The translations under genes and the position numbers were made by a program. Below, in pieces: positions 48,497-62,177 of a stretch of DNA of 64,000 nucleotides (the stretch's first letter is position 1; the number at the start of each line of letters is the position of its first letter). This DNA is from Oculina patagonica. Lineage: Eukaryota. The notes beneath the pieces are model-generated. The model did not search any database. It saw nothing but the letters and a program-made list of their open reading frames with translations, and was not told the origin of the DNA. The stretch covers positions 31,992,001 to 32,056,000 of the forward strand of contig NC_135770.1 in assembly GCF_052425735.1 (NCBI RefSeq). Reading direction: 5' to 3'.

Positions 48497-49949
48497 AATA
48501 TTTTACACTAGACAGAGAGTAGTGTATTCGTAATTAAAAAAAAAAATGAATGATTTTTAGCCCTTTGCGAGCGATTGCTAGTAGACATCAAAAATTGCCT
48601 GACCAAATAGCTTGGACATGTCCAAGCAGGCTTCGGTTTCACAGTGTGATTACTTAGTGCTCTCTCCGAGTAAAACATTCGAACGACACAAAAATGTGCA
48701 TTTCACACTAGACACAGAGCAGAGTATTCGTAGCATTTTAAACGAGAGATCGCTAGTAGAATGAAGTAGAAATGAAATCTTGCGTGACCGTGAAAAAATC
48801 AGGAAAGCAAACTTAAAATATTATTCAGTTTTAGCCGGTATATATGTTTTATCGCAGTGTTTTACATTTTAATTTGTCTCCTAGCTAATCTTATTTTTAC
48901 ACAGTATATTTGCTGTTCATTGAAAACTGTAACAACAGTGTAACAATTTCAATAGCCCCGTGTTTTTTTTTTTCTTAAGGGCGAAAATTAAACATTTTTA
49001 GGGATCGATGGATTGAATAGTTCTTCCCTCTTGGTTTCAATTAAATTCCAATGAGACTAAAATGGGACAATCTGTAACCCTTCGTACTTAAACTTTGGGT
49101 AGTCCTCCTCCCTCCCCTCCCTCTCCCAACCGAGTTCTTTGGGAACCGGGAACTGAGGTGTGCGAGGTTCCTTACGACCTTTTCAAGTTTGCAGTATATT
49201 ATACCAGGCACCGGTAGCGATAGAAATAACTTTGTTAGAAGGTAACCTGTTACCACCAGCTTAAACATCACGACGCTTATTCAGTCAGCTACAGCCATGA
49301 CTAATATAATCAGGCTTGGCAAATTGTGATGCAGAATTTGAGTTATTTCGATGTCGTTTATCCCCTTCAGTGTTAAACTAGTGGATAAATTTATATTACT
49401 TTAAATAGCTAGGGGAGAAAAAACTTTTTATTTTTATTCTAAATTAAAAATTGTTTCTACATACTTTGCAATTTAAATTACCTAAACATGCATAAAGTGA
49501 CAAGCGGTCTCAAAACATTATCGTTGCTACATGTAGGTGCATCAGGGAACTCCTTCTATATATGGATAAAAAGCTTACCAAAATCATCGGCAAAACAAAT
49601 GTGTACCTCAAGCCTAAGTTTGATTTATTTGGTTTTGTTTGGTTGTTTACAGTCGATCCGCCGGTAGCTCTATCAAGCGGAAACGAAGAATGACAGAAGA
49701 GGAATGGGCTCAAATAATAAGCTAACATGGAGGTAAGGTTGGTGAAAAGAGCTGTCAATTCCGTCCTTTCATATTTGTTCTCGGTCTCCTGAAACTTGAC
49801 GTGCTTATGAGGCTGTGTTTATTGATTCGCGTTTGCAATTTAAATTTGAAGGGCAGTATGGATCACATAACAGACTAAGAAATCCTCAAAGAGGAAGTAG
49901 ACAAAGAAAAGTAGATCGTGAAGGATATAGTTAGTTCTCTTTTCGGACA

Positions 49950-52900
49950 ATGATGAGCGAAGAGAGAGAAATAACACCCGAACTATCCAACAGCGTTCTT
50001 AAACAGATCCAGCAGATTGTGAAGCAAAATCCAAGCCTCCATGATAAAAATGCTGAAGAGTTGGAAACTGTCTTAACAACATTGGCAACACTTCCTTTCA
50101 AAGATGAAATCCAACAGGTTTCCTTCCTTGAACATGTTCAGTGTCTGCAGGGCTATCACATCATTCACCTTTTCAATTTTGGTGTAGCTCCTGTTCAAAA
50201 GTCTTTGGCAGAATCTTCAGCTGAGTTTGTAGAAGAAGTAATAAAGCTTGTTGAAATTTGCTTTTCATTTTGCTACATCACTGACGTGTCAAAGCGAGTT
50301 GCTTTTGATTATTACGTCAGGGCTTTGAAGTTCTGCTTCCCTTCAGAGCCAAAGCAATGCCTCTCGACTGGAGTTGTTTCCAAGTTACTGGAACTCGTAC
50401 AGATTCTTCAGGAAGGGGAACTTGCTGAAATTGTCTGTGACAAAACTAAGGAAGAAGCCAACTCGAAGTTGCAAATCCACGGCACCTATTATTTCTTTGG
50501 TGAACTCCTCCAGATATTTGAATCGAGACGGCACGAGGACTGCCTTGTGGAAATCATTGAGCAAACAGTGAGGATAGCTTCTGCAGATGCTACAATAAAA
50601 TGCATTCAACAACATGCAATCGGCGAAGTGACTTTGCAAAGTAAACACGTGGTATCTCCAGTTGTTTTAACAAATTGGATGAAACTACTGAAGTTAGGAA
50701 ATGTGAGCAACGGCTTTGCATTCTCTCTAGCAAAGGCTGACAACCCTAGTCTTAGTCGCACAAAGCAAATTGTGCCATCCTTTTTTGGTCAATTTTTGTC
50801 ACAAACTAGGCTTTCTTATCAGTCCACCGTTTGCTGTTTTGTAAGGCTTTTGGACGAAATGCAGAAAAAAGGTGTTGAAGTTATCCTCCCTCGTGACAAA
50901 GATAGGCTGGATATATTCTTCAGCCATTTAAATCACTTGTGCAATCATCCTAACGTGACAGCGACATCACTTAAACTTCTAGCAGCCACAAGCATTAGGA
51001 ATGAAGTCCTAAGAGAGGTTCTTGACCAGTTCTTTTACAAAGGCAAAATGGCGACTGTCTTGAACAGGGAAGTAGCATTTGACCTGGTCTTTAAAGTGTT
51101 ATCTTTACTTCCAGACGGTGAAATCGTGAAGAGAGCTCTGACGTTATGGAGAGAAGTCTTTAGTGATGATACAGGCTACCAGACGCTTGTATGCTTGTTG
51201 GCTCTTTTAGACGTGGAAGGATCAAACAACGAAAGGGTTGGTTCTCAGGAGAGAGCAGAAAGAACATTGGATTTCCTAGAATGGCTTCCTCGCCCCTTAC
51301 TTCGTTCGATAAGCCTATGGCAAGGGTTCCTTTTGTGGTTTGTAAAGATTTTTCCAAATACGTTTCAAAGGCGTCCAGAGGTATTGGTCTTCATTCACAA
51401 AGCTCTACTAGCCGGACAAGTGCCAGCCCAACGACGTCAAGTCGCCTTGGAACAAGTACCAACTCTTCAGTTGTTAGAGTGGCTTTCCCAACAAAGCTGC
51501 ACAGAAGAAACAAAAAGCGAGATGATTTGGCTTCTCATGTGTTTCACAGATAGAGCGGTAAACCTCAACTCGGCGTTTGATACTGGGGTCATCAAGTCGT
51601 TGAGTCTGTTCCCGCGGCTGTCATTCAACACAAAGAAAATTGTTTTGCGTGAGATAACTAATTTCACACCATTTTTCAAGAATGAAGAGAAAATGGTTTT
51701 TAAAAATTTCATCGAAAACGTTGCAGAAAATCAAACAATTGAACCTATGGATGAAATCTTGTTCGAGTTTCTTGATTTTATCAAGGGTTTCGTTGTTCAC
51801 CAGAAACCTGAAGACGTTTTAGAGCTTCTTTCATTGTTGTCAAGAATGCCAATTTCCACTGAAAGAAAAGTGAAATTGATGCAGTTGTCGAAGAATTCCA
51901 GAAAAGGTTTACTGAACAGTTTACGTATTTTGCAGTTAATTGAAACGCAGCATCGGTTCGGCCATCAAGAAAGAACAAATGAATATTTTGATCTCCTTTA
52001 TGCTGCAATTTTCAAGACTCTCGAGGAAGACATTGATTTATGTGAACAGTTTTACGATCAAAATTGTTTCTATTTTCCTTCCAGCGACGTTCGAAATGTG
52101 TGGACCTTTGCGGTCGCTGGTTTGACATCGTTGGGTTTGTTCAAAGAAGAGATCGACTCACGATGTTGCCGTCCTGTTCTTCAACAAGCTATTGGATTTA
52201 GCTCACCGTTTGAGATTTTGCAACTTCTTACCCAAGTAAGGTCGACAGCTTCCAGAGTTGTCCACCTGTCACGCCAACGCCAAGCAGAGTCTAGTTTATC
52301 CTGCAATGCTTCACAAGAGATTTCCACTGGGCAGATCGATCTCCTGGAAAACTTTGTTGCATCCGTCACGACCGTTCTGGGTACAGACATGTTATCGTCC
52401 GGTGAAAAGATGTTGCTGGTTATGAAAGTGTGTGATTTTGTTCTTAGCACGCCAGATGTTTTAACAACAACGAGCTTGAGGAATGCCTTAAACAATTTGA
52501 TTCCTTACTTTTCCTGGCAACGAAGTACTCCATCAAGAAGTGAAAACATACAACTGGCGATTAACTGCATCGAAGCCGTACTGGAAAATCCCACGGTTCT
52601 GGCCCAACTTTCAAAAATTTCAGTCAACCAACCAGATACTTCTTTTGGTGCCATTCTCTTCAAAAATATGCCCAGTTCATTGTGCAAAGAGAACTTGATG
52701 GACATCTTACGTTTCATTGGGTCTCTAGAGGACCTTCATCAAAAATTCTTTGACCATTTATTGCCTTTTTTGGAGGTGGCTATCCAGGAAACCACGACAG
52801 TGGAAGACATACTGGAACGTTTGAAGGAATTGGTGCACCTTCTCCGCAGTACTCCCATAGCATCGATTCCTCTTACGATGCTCAACTTCGCTTACTTTTT

Positions 52901-55900
52901 AAAAAAGTCTGTCGGCAAACAAGAAAGGGACAGATTTCTCTCTGAAGTTGCCATGAGATGGAAACTGTTGCCTAACCACCGCGTTCTCAAGTGTTTTGAA
53001 GTCCCCCGTCTTCTTTGGAAAGCGTACAATGCTGCCAGCACCCCAGAAAAAAGGTTTGAAATGGTAGATCGTGTGCAAGAAATCCTGATGAAAAACAGGC
53101 AAGTTGACGAATGGGTGATGAGAAGCGATATGTATTTCGAAAGGCCTGAGGATAACATTAGAAGACGAATTGCATGTTGCGAGCTTGAGTGGCTTGTCTT
53201 TCATTCCTCTCTCCCAACTGAAAATGCGGCCCTTGCATTCGATCTGAGCTGTCTTGCCTTACAAGGATTCTTCCACCCACATCTTAAATGTTTTTATTTT
53301 TCTGACGCACAAATCAGTGAAGATGGGGCTTTCAAGTTTGCACCTCAAGGAAATAAAACGACAACAAAAGCACATCTACCTGACGAAGACACTGGGCCAA
53401 CTTCTAGCGTTGCAAAGGCATCTACAAGAAATTCCTCTTCAGCCACGGAGCCACAAAAAGCCACGTTAACACCAGTCTTAGTGGCCAAGGAAGTGATTTA
53501 TCATTTGAAACGTGTACTCGGTCAAGAAAACGACCCCTCTGCAAATGCGTTTTCGCTTTGGAACCTTGTGTTCAACCAGACGAAACCATTCACTTGGTGT
53601 GAGATAGAATGCATAAAAAGTTCACCTTTTCTTGATGACTATGTGGATGTTTTCCTGTCAATTTTAGCAGAGGCCTCGTCAATAGAAATGTTGTTCCACT
53701 GGGCACAACTAAATCAGCACCACGTCTGCCAGTGCTCAGAGGCTATTTTGAAAGCTTGCAAGTGGAAAGGAGACGACATTGACAAGGATGGCCTCTTTGA
53801 ACTTCAAACTTTGGTTAGCACAACACTGGAGAAAATGCGATTAAATACACGTGTAACGCTTACAGCTCCATTGGCGATTTCTGTTGCAGTTCCATGTTTT
53901 CGCCTTTTTAAACCGCAAATAATACACATGAGTAATATGCTCGAGAGCAGATTGCCTTTCGAGGTAACAACGAGAGTTCTTGCTCTCTATCAGATCAATG
54001 TCCGAGCTGGAGTCACAGTTGGAGAAATCGTCTCTTTCTGGCCATGCAAACAGCAGTCACTGAAACTGGTAGAAGACATTCAACCGTTTTGCAAAGAAGA
54101 CGAGATATCTTCCTTAAACCCTGCCCAAAGTGAATTTGCATGGCAATTGCTGAAGGTTTTTGGCCGGTTTTGCATTAACTCGTGTGAAAGTATTTTAACC
54201 AAGTTTAAGGAACTGATTGTACTGTACGATCCAGAAGATGCGTACGGTCTCAATCGCTTGCCCAGCTGGCGAGAGATGATGGTAGTAGACGGCTTTCCCG
54301 CCTTGGTGATTGACTCTTGGTGTGCAGCATTCCTGATGACGCCTCTTGACGATCTTACATCACGTGATGTTGACGCCATTGTTGACCTCAATTCCCACTC
54401 CTTGGGGCTTGTTACATCTGTTTCTCAACTAATAAAACAAGTCATCTTTCCTCAAAATGGTTTTGAAGTTACGCAAGGTAAAGGTATCAAGGAACGTCCA
54501 ATCAAGGAACTTATCCGGTTAGCTAGATTGCTTGGCGAGTTCATCAACATATTGAAAGGTCGAAAACCCGAAGAAAACCGCAAAGATGCTGTCGTCAGAG
54601 ACATTGTTGTCGATGCTTGTGTTGAGCTTTGCAGAAGTCATGAAAATGTCAACAGGAAAAGGAACGACCTCTACAAAATCCACGGCCAGAAGCTAAAGGC
54701 TCTATTCACAGAGGTCTTCGGCAAGCGACGTAAGAGCGAAGATGGTCAAGCCAGTATTCAAGATTGTGGACTGATACACAAAGAAGGCGAACAAGGGTTC
54801 AGAGTCGCAGTGCCTGTAGACAGACAGTCATCGTATCTGCACGAAAACCTTCCATCCGTGTTGAGTCACACACAAGTTTATGAACCAATGCTGATGTTGT
54901 TGCGGCGTTGGTTATCAGGCATCATGACAAAGCCAACCCTTGCCTCTCACACTCTCGACATTGTTCAGTTACTGTTTTCAATTCACCCCTCCGATGTGGG
55001 TCCTGGTCTTCTTCAGGAGTTGCATAGCATCATCCAAGCTCGGATTTTATCCCTTGAAACCAATCAGGCTCTTGTGGCTCAGCTCCAAGCAGCGGGATAC
55101 AACCAAAGGAATGAAGGCATCCCTGACCTGTGGTCTTCGCGTGCCGTGGAGCTTCCTTGCTACCTCAGCAAGCGTGAGTCCTGGAGCGGTAGATTATTTA
55201 CGAAAAAAATGATAAAAGTTCTGAGACCCCTTTGGAACGAGTGGAAGGACATCCTTGACATGTTTTACATTGCTTCCATTAAAGTTGGCGAGGATGAAGT
55301 GTGTACGATAGATCTCTTTGGTGTTCAGGCCTCTTTGGACGAGATGGAAGAACAGGCTGCTGCCGTAAAGGAAGTAGTCAAGCAAAAGGAAGTAGTCAAG
55401 CAAATTAATTCCGAAGACCTAGACAGAAGAGTGAAGCAGTTGATGCGTCTGGAGCAGCAACACCGAGCGAGGATTGAAAAACTCTACAAGAACAACAGGG
55501 TGGGTGAAGGTCGCCTATTTATTTATAATCCTAGTCTGTCTTCCGGCGCTGTTTGTTTCAGGCCAAAAATTGTCTTCTTTAAAGAAATAAAAAAGTTCGT
55601 TGTTTTTTTTTATGGGGTTTTTTTTTTTTTTTTTTAATTTTTTTAATTGAAATTTTTTTTTTTTTTTATTTAACTTTGTTTTAACCGCCAGAATATAAAG
55701 ACCAACCTCGTTCCCAGGGTCTACTAAGCTTTCAAGATGGCGGCTGGACGCAGAGACGAGCCGCCATTTTGAAAACTCGTCGCCGAGAAGACCCCAGGGA
55801 CGAGGTTGTATAAATACTTCACAACATACCATCGAAGTAACGTTATGACGTAAACGTTGAGCTTGACAGTATTTGAGTGGTGTTCCCCGTTTGGCTAAAA

Positions 55901-58900
55901 CGTTTCCCTATGCTCTTTTTCACTATACACACACACACACTACTACTACTACTACATCCCATGTTTGTATAAGCGTACGTACTTTGTGATTTTTCGCTTA
56001 CTTTTTTGGTAACTCGATTTCACTGTTCGTTCATTCGATTCATTCATTACTTCCTTTCACGATTATTTTTTCTCAATTGAAATTAAAATCTGAGCAAATT
56101 ATTCTTTTCCTTTTTTAAAGCAATTACCATTGAACTAAGTAGTCTTTTATTATATTAATTCGCCGTTCTTTTTAATAATGCTTATCCAGAATACTGTGAC
56201 TTGTAATGAGATGAAGAAATTTGTTGCCGTCTGGGAAAATCGATTTCTGGAGCAAGTCAAGTTGTGTTCAGAACGAATCCCAGGTAAGCATTAGAATTAC
56301 AGTTTCACTGTAGGAAAATGGTTACTGTGTAGAACATTGAAAATGAATTTGATAGAGGAGCTTAAGGCTATCATTCGTTTTCTATGGCACACTTATTGTA
56401 AAGAAATCAATGGCACTCTTGGTCTGTTCATGATACTTTTCAGCAAATGAGGATCATGTATACAAACAGTTGAAATGGACCGTCGATCACTATGCTTCAA
56501 CTTTCGTTTGGACGGCAAGGACGCTTATAAACAAAACTTTAGAAAAGATGAACGTTTTGAATGATGCGTTGTCATGTAGCCACTTTTAAATGAAGTACGA
56601 TTTGTGCACGTTATAACTTGACCTGTACAGCGCTGAATTTTTTTATATTTTCAGTTGTTAAAATTCTTTCTGGGGATACATGTCACTTTTAGAGCTTTTT
56701 AACTCAAAAGTGTATACGTTGAAAAGCGGGTTGACTGTCCACTTATAATATTTAGTTGGGGGGTTTTTTTTTTTGTTTCTTTTGGGGGGGGGGGGGGGGA
56801 GGTGATGTCAGAGAACAGTTTTAATTTTTTTCTTTTATGTTTCATTCATTTGTAGGATGTTACGCCCCCAATGGTTTCCACTCCGAGAAGCCTGTGATTT
56901 GTGCTTTGTCCGTGGACAACAGGATCTTGACCGTTTTCAAGGAGGAGAAGCCAGGTCGCAGAGAGGAAATCGAAAATGTTGAAGTGAAGCTTTTTGAAGC
57001 TGGTTTGTACGTGTATGGATTGCACACGAGCGGCCATGATTACGTCACTGATGAGCTGTGGGCTGCATTTTACGAGATGCTGCTGGAAAAGGAATTGGTG
57101 CCTAGCATTGTCTTGTCCAATGAAAGCCCAGGATTTGACTGGATAAAGGATTTTATACAACCTGGTTAGTGAACTCAAAGCCATTGAATTTAATCGACGG
57201 GCACAAGTCTGTCAGTCGAAGGGCAGTTCACCAAGACACCTAAACTATGTTGTTGCTTACTTGCACATTAAAAAATAGGGACTGCTCGTAGTCTACATTA
57301 TCTCCAGGTAATTCGACAAGATGATGTAAAGCATAACCTGAACTGTACCTTCTTCCGCCTTTCTTGAGCTCTGCCTCTATAGAAAGGCACTTTTCCATCA
57401 CACCATTAACGTAATCCCGAATGATCATATAACAAAATTGCTGAAATTGATCTGGCTCTGGTTCACACCATGTGCTACAAGATTGCGAGGAGAGAAAGGG
57501 CGATTCTTGCCGTTTTGTAAAAACTCCTGGATTGTGACTGCATTAAAAAGTCACAAACGGGTTTAAAGGGAGAATGCCATTTATTACGCATGTGCGGGAT
57601 AGTAGTCGAAATTTGAAAAGTTGCAAGCTCGTCTACAGAACCCCTGTTTTCGTATCAAGCGGATCTAGCTGGAACACAGGTGGTCCAAGCTCACAATTAG
57701 AGGAGTTAAAATATTTAACATAATTCTTTTTTTTACCGCGCGAACNNNNNNNNNNNNNNNNNNNNNNNNNNNNNNNNNNNNNNNNNNNNNNNNNNNNNNN
57801 NNNNNNNNNNNNNNNNNNNNNNNNNNNNNNNNNNNNNNNNNNNNNNNNNNNNNNNNNNNNNNNNNNNNNNNNNNNNNNNNNNNNNNNNNNNNNNNNNNNN
57901 NNNNTTTTAAGCGATTACCCTTTTTTTACTATATTGTACTCCTATGGCTTCCCCATTAAAAATCTGTTATCTTGTTTTTATTGTCTCATTTAGCAACAAG
58001 CCATCCCTGCCCCTGGAAGTGGGAGTTACATCGAGGCATTGTTCCCCGAGAGGAAGATTACTTGGACTACCTCCCGATAAGAGCCGCTATATGCCCTGCT
58101 TTACAGGGATTAAGAGAATTCCTAACTCTAACAAAAGAGAATGTTTCCATTTTTGAGTTCAGCGATTTCAAGGTAAATATAGCGTCTTCCGTAATATTAT
58201 CATACTTACTTCTGCTATACCCACCTTTTTGGTATTCTTGAAGATCGGGGAAAAGTTTCCCGGATGAGCTCACGCCCTGAACTTAAATTTGTCATATGAA
58301 AATCCTGTCTAGTTGCGTTTTATCGTGTCAGTTGCTTTCATACCTTTCTTGGACCCTAATGTCAAAAATAGTGCGATCTAAGGACGAAACACCCAACTAG
58401 TACTGAATCGAAGCAGTCGCCGCCAAATCAATAGAGATTTCAACTTTTTATGACTTTTTACTCTGGACTTTCTAGACCTCAAGCAGACATAGTATCTTCC
58501 TATTTGTAAATGCTGTTCTACTTTCGTAGCTTAAAACAAAAGACATCAACCGTGACGATGTTCGGAAATGTGTTATTAATTAGCATAGATTTTTGCAACT
58601 ACGTTTTTTATTTTCTCCATAGGGTTTGTTTCGATTGAGAAGATACATCAAACACTCGAGACAGTGTTTTATCACATATAAATATCCAAACATCTCGAAC
58701 TGGATGCAAAAATACTTCGCTGTGCGTCGTATTTTTTACTTCCTTCTTGGTATTTGGAACTGTGATCAATCGCTGTCTCTCGTGTTTGATATATTACTTG
58801 AAAATTTGGATGTCGCTTTGTTTGTTTAAAGGATACACCCGAAATCAGTTAAGTCATTTTCAACTAATATTAGATTGTACTTTGTTTTAAGGACGTTAAC

Positions 58901-59468
58901 ATCATCGAAAGCAAAGAAAGAAAAACAAAGGAAATGGCTGGGAAAGCCATTCAAGAACTTCAGCGCGAGTTGCACTTGTTGCACGGAGACAACGAGCCAA
59001 TCAGAAAAGCTTTGAAGGGAAAATTGACGTTTGCTGTTAAAGAGACAGTGAAGCGCATCGTCGATGGAGTGCAACCTACTGAAGAGACAGTAAAGGAGCT
59101 GATCGATATGGAAAGACTTGCCTTTGGACATCCTGAAGTGGAAAGAACTGAAGAGAGTCGGCAACAGTACGCAGCCGCAGTACTTCGTGCATGTGAGCAT
59201 GTAAGTGAGCATGCGCGATGAACACTTACATGGATAACATCACTGTAAATGAATATTCAACAATAGTTTTCTATTTATACAACACAGGGACGATCATTTG
59301 AAAAAAATTTAACCAGTCTTTCTGACCGAGTTTAAACCTATAATCCCCTGTAACATTTCGTTTAAACATGGTCTACATGACTGATGACCTTTAAATGTTT
59401 TTCTTCTCATTTACGCTTCATGGATGTTCTTTTAGGTCTTTTTAGTACAGATTGCGCCGACAGCGTAA
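49950..59468 (+). CDS. Giant uncharacterised alpha-helical protein, ~2157 aa; exons 49950-55499, 56190-56283, 56856-57164, 57994-58172, 58892-59200, 59436-59468
   Basis: 1850-codon uninterrupted first exon; donor AGG|gtgggt; downstream exons have GT-AG sites, compatible phases (0,1,1,0,0) and end VFLVQIAPTA*. An N-gap in intron 3 could hide an exon. Confidence 0.8.
55703..55808. mobile_element. 106-bp MITE with 9-bp TSD
   Basis: caacctcgttcccagggtct ... agaccccagggacgaggttg; TSD tataaagac / tataaatac. Confidence 0.75.
57746..57904. other. Assembly gap
   Basis: Run of N. Confidence 1.
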
Positions 59469-62177
59469 TCAGATCATTACAGCTTTATCTGGGTCTTCTC
59501 GAATGAACTCAAAATATGGATAAACTATTTTTAAGCTATCCTACTGAAAAGGAGCATTATTTTTCAATCAATCGCTCACTAATATCGAGGCTGCAAAAAT
59601 ATTCGTTCATTGAATTTTTGACACAGAGTTTTGTAAATTTATAATAGCTGTAGCCTTAGCCGAACAGGTTTTTGTTTTGTAATACCATTTCTTGCCTGTT
59701 ACAATATCTGTAGGTGGTTGTCCGAATGTTCCAACTTAATTAATTGAAATAATAAGCATTACGTGAACATAGAGCAGAGAGAAAGCATTTGGACTTATAT
59801 ATATGAAAATACCTGAAATCTGCACCATTAGTATTTTTTTACAGATAAAAACATGTAGTCAAGATGTTAGACTTAAACACACGAATTCGTGAAAGTTTTT
59901 CGAGCAAGTGTAGTGTCAATAAAAAGCGATAAAATTACAAATGAGTATACGATGTGTTGTGGTAGTATCGCTCGTTTACGAGTATAGCTCTCCCAACACG
60001 GCACACCCGAATTCGAATTCCTGTTCATTTTTTTTTTTTTTTTTTTTGGGGGGGGGGGGGTGGGGGGAATTCGAAGCATTGTCCACAGCATTGCTAATAT
60101 GCTGTTTTCATTTGAGTGTCTTTTAGAAACGAAGTGGCAAACTTGCGAAACTGCAATTTGACGCTAGTAAAAAAAAAACCTGTCAAAGTACGTTTCAGAA
60201 CCAGAGGATAATTTTTTTTTAAATGGGCAATTTCCAATTATTGATCAATATTGCAATATCCCTTTTTGCTTCACAACCATTTTTATGCACGCGAGCTTTG
60301 GATCTACGGTTTAGCCCTTGTTCTTGATATCTTGCTTTTATGTTTTGTTTTAACCCCTTTCAAGTTTATTTGGTAATTAAATTTTTGGGAGCTGAGAAAT
60401 ATTAGACGTTATGTGCTATTGCTAGCCAAGATTTGCTTTCTTTCGCGGTAAATAAAGCCAACTTATCATGATAAATCATAACTTAATCCTATATACACTA
60501 ATATAAGCTACACCTAATCATAATAAGTATATAATAATAGCACCTATATTCTATTCCATGGTTTAGGCATAGCTGCTTGACTATTATTGGGGCACGTAGT
60601 TTTTCCTATAATTTCCTCATCTTAAATTGTTTGCAGTCCTGAGACCAGGAAAATACTCCCATAAATAAAACTTCTGTGTGTGTTGCGTGAGACTAAGCAG
60701 ACAGTCTCTTACAGCGGTGTTACCCAAACTTTTCCGAGAAATCTTTCGATTTCGATATTCCCGGAAGTGGAATTGGAAGCGATTAGCCCGATTACGCTTG
60801 CAAAGCATTACGTAGCTGACTGCAGTAAACAGAGGATGGAGGCATGAAGGTAAGGCATTTATATCAAGTTCTGTTTGATCATGAAAACTTACTAGCACTC
60901 AAGGTCATTTCAATTGATTTTTGTTTAAGTGATTCTGTATGAGGAGTTTTTTCAGATGTGAATATCACAACACAAAACACCGAATCAGTAGAGAATTGCG
61001 TACAAATATAAGAAAGCCGAATCTCCACTGACTTTCGATCACCTCTTCATCACACCATCTCTTGAACAACTAGGACTTTTTGTCCTAACCGTGTGCACGC
61101 ATCGATCGATACACATATTACTACAGTGGTCTGCAATGAAAATGAACAATATCTTTTGTGCTAGCTATGTTGGGCAAGGGCGATACATTATAGGTAAATG
61201 TACATTTCGCTGATGACAACAAAATCGAACAGCAATGGGATGGAACATTCTGTCCTGTATATAAATGGACCTACTATCGTAGTAGTATTGGCAAAATTGG
61301 CGAAGAGGGTTTAAAAGTGTTTATAACTTTTATCAGGTTTAAAAGTAGTGTGCTGATAGGATCTCCGATCGAGCAGTTCAATTACCCAGACTTTATTCTG
61401 CTTTTACGGAATGATATTGAGTGGGAAGACATCTTGCTAAATCAACTCGACGATCACCGACTGATAAGATTTCAGAATGTTTAAAATAATGACGGAATAT
61501 CATAGCCAGGCACTGTTTGCAGTTTGAATTTTAGAGTACTGATTCGATAGTTTTCTTTTCGCTTCCGGCTTGAGCTTGGTATAGTTGATTTGTTCAGCTT
61601 TGAATTTGGTATATATTTGTAAGTGCTGGTGTGATATAAATTCGATCTGATGTGGCGTGACGGCTTATTGGGCTGACGGCGTGTTCCGTTTCTAATTTTT
61701 GACATGTTTAATTATTGTAATTTACTGTAAATAATTCCAGTGCTTAGTCCCATGGCGTGACATTACTCATAATACCAATTCACTTTTGCCACTAGCCATC
61801 GCAATAGCTTTCTATTTTATTTATTTTATAAATCCCCCCCCCGTACAAATGGGCCATAGCTGATTGGACTTATATGGAGGAGGCATCATAAATATATCAT
61901 AAACTTGAGTACAGCTGGTTGGTTTACTTGGCGTGAAGGACTTATAAATATGCAGTGAAACATGACACGACATGACAGTTTTAAATTGATGCTGCGACCT
62001 ACGAATTACAAAACCAGCAACCAAAACTATCAATCAGCCACGCTTGCCTCCTTGTTTTGTATCCGCCTCCTGAGGCTCGTGTATTAATTCGAATGTTCAA
62101 TTTAATTTTTAAGGACTGTATGAATCCTATCTCAGGCTGATGCACGAAGAGAAAAGCAGATCGTCAAGAATGAAATA

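Noticed and set aside
55500-55637. Hydrophobic C-terminus of the 1895-aa ORF
   Set aside because: Read-through into an intron (poly-T); a donor at 55499/55500 joins in phase to 56190.
56655-56692. Possible extra exon after ttttcag
   Set aside because: No suitable donor before an in-frame stop; exons 2 and 3 join in phase without it.
57240-57428. 62-aa minus-strand ORF in an intron next to the gap
   Set aside because: No recognisable motif or splice support; possibly a transposon remnant but unsupported.
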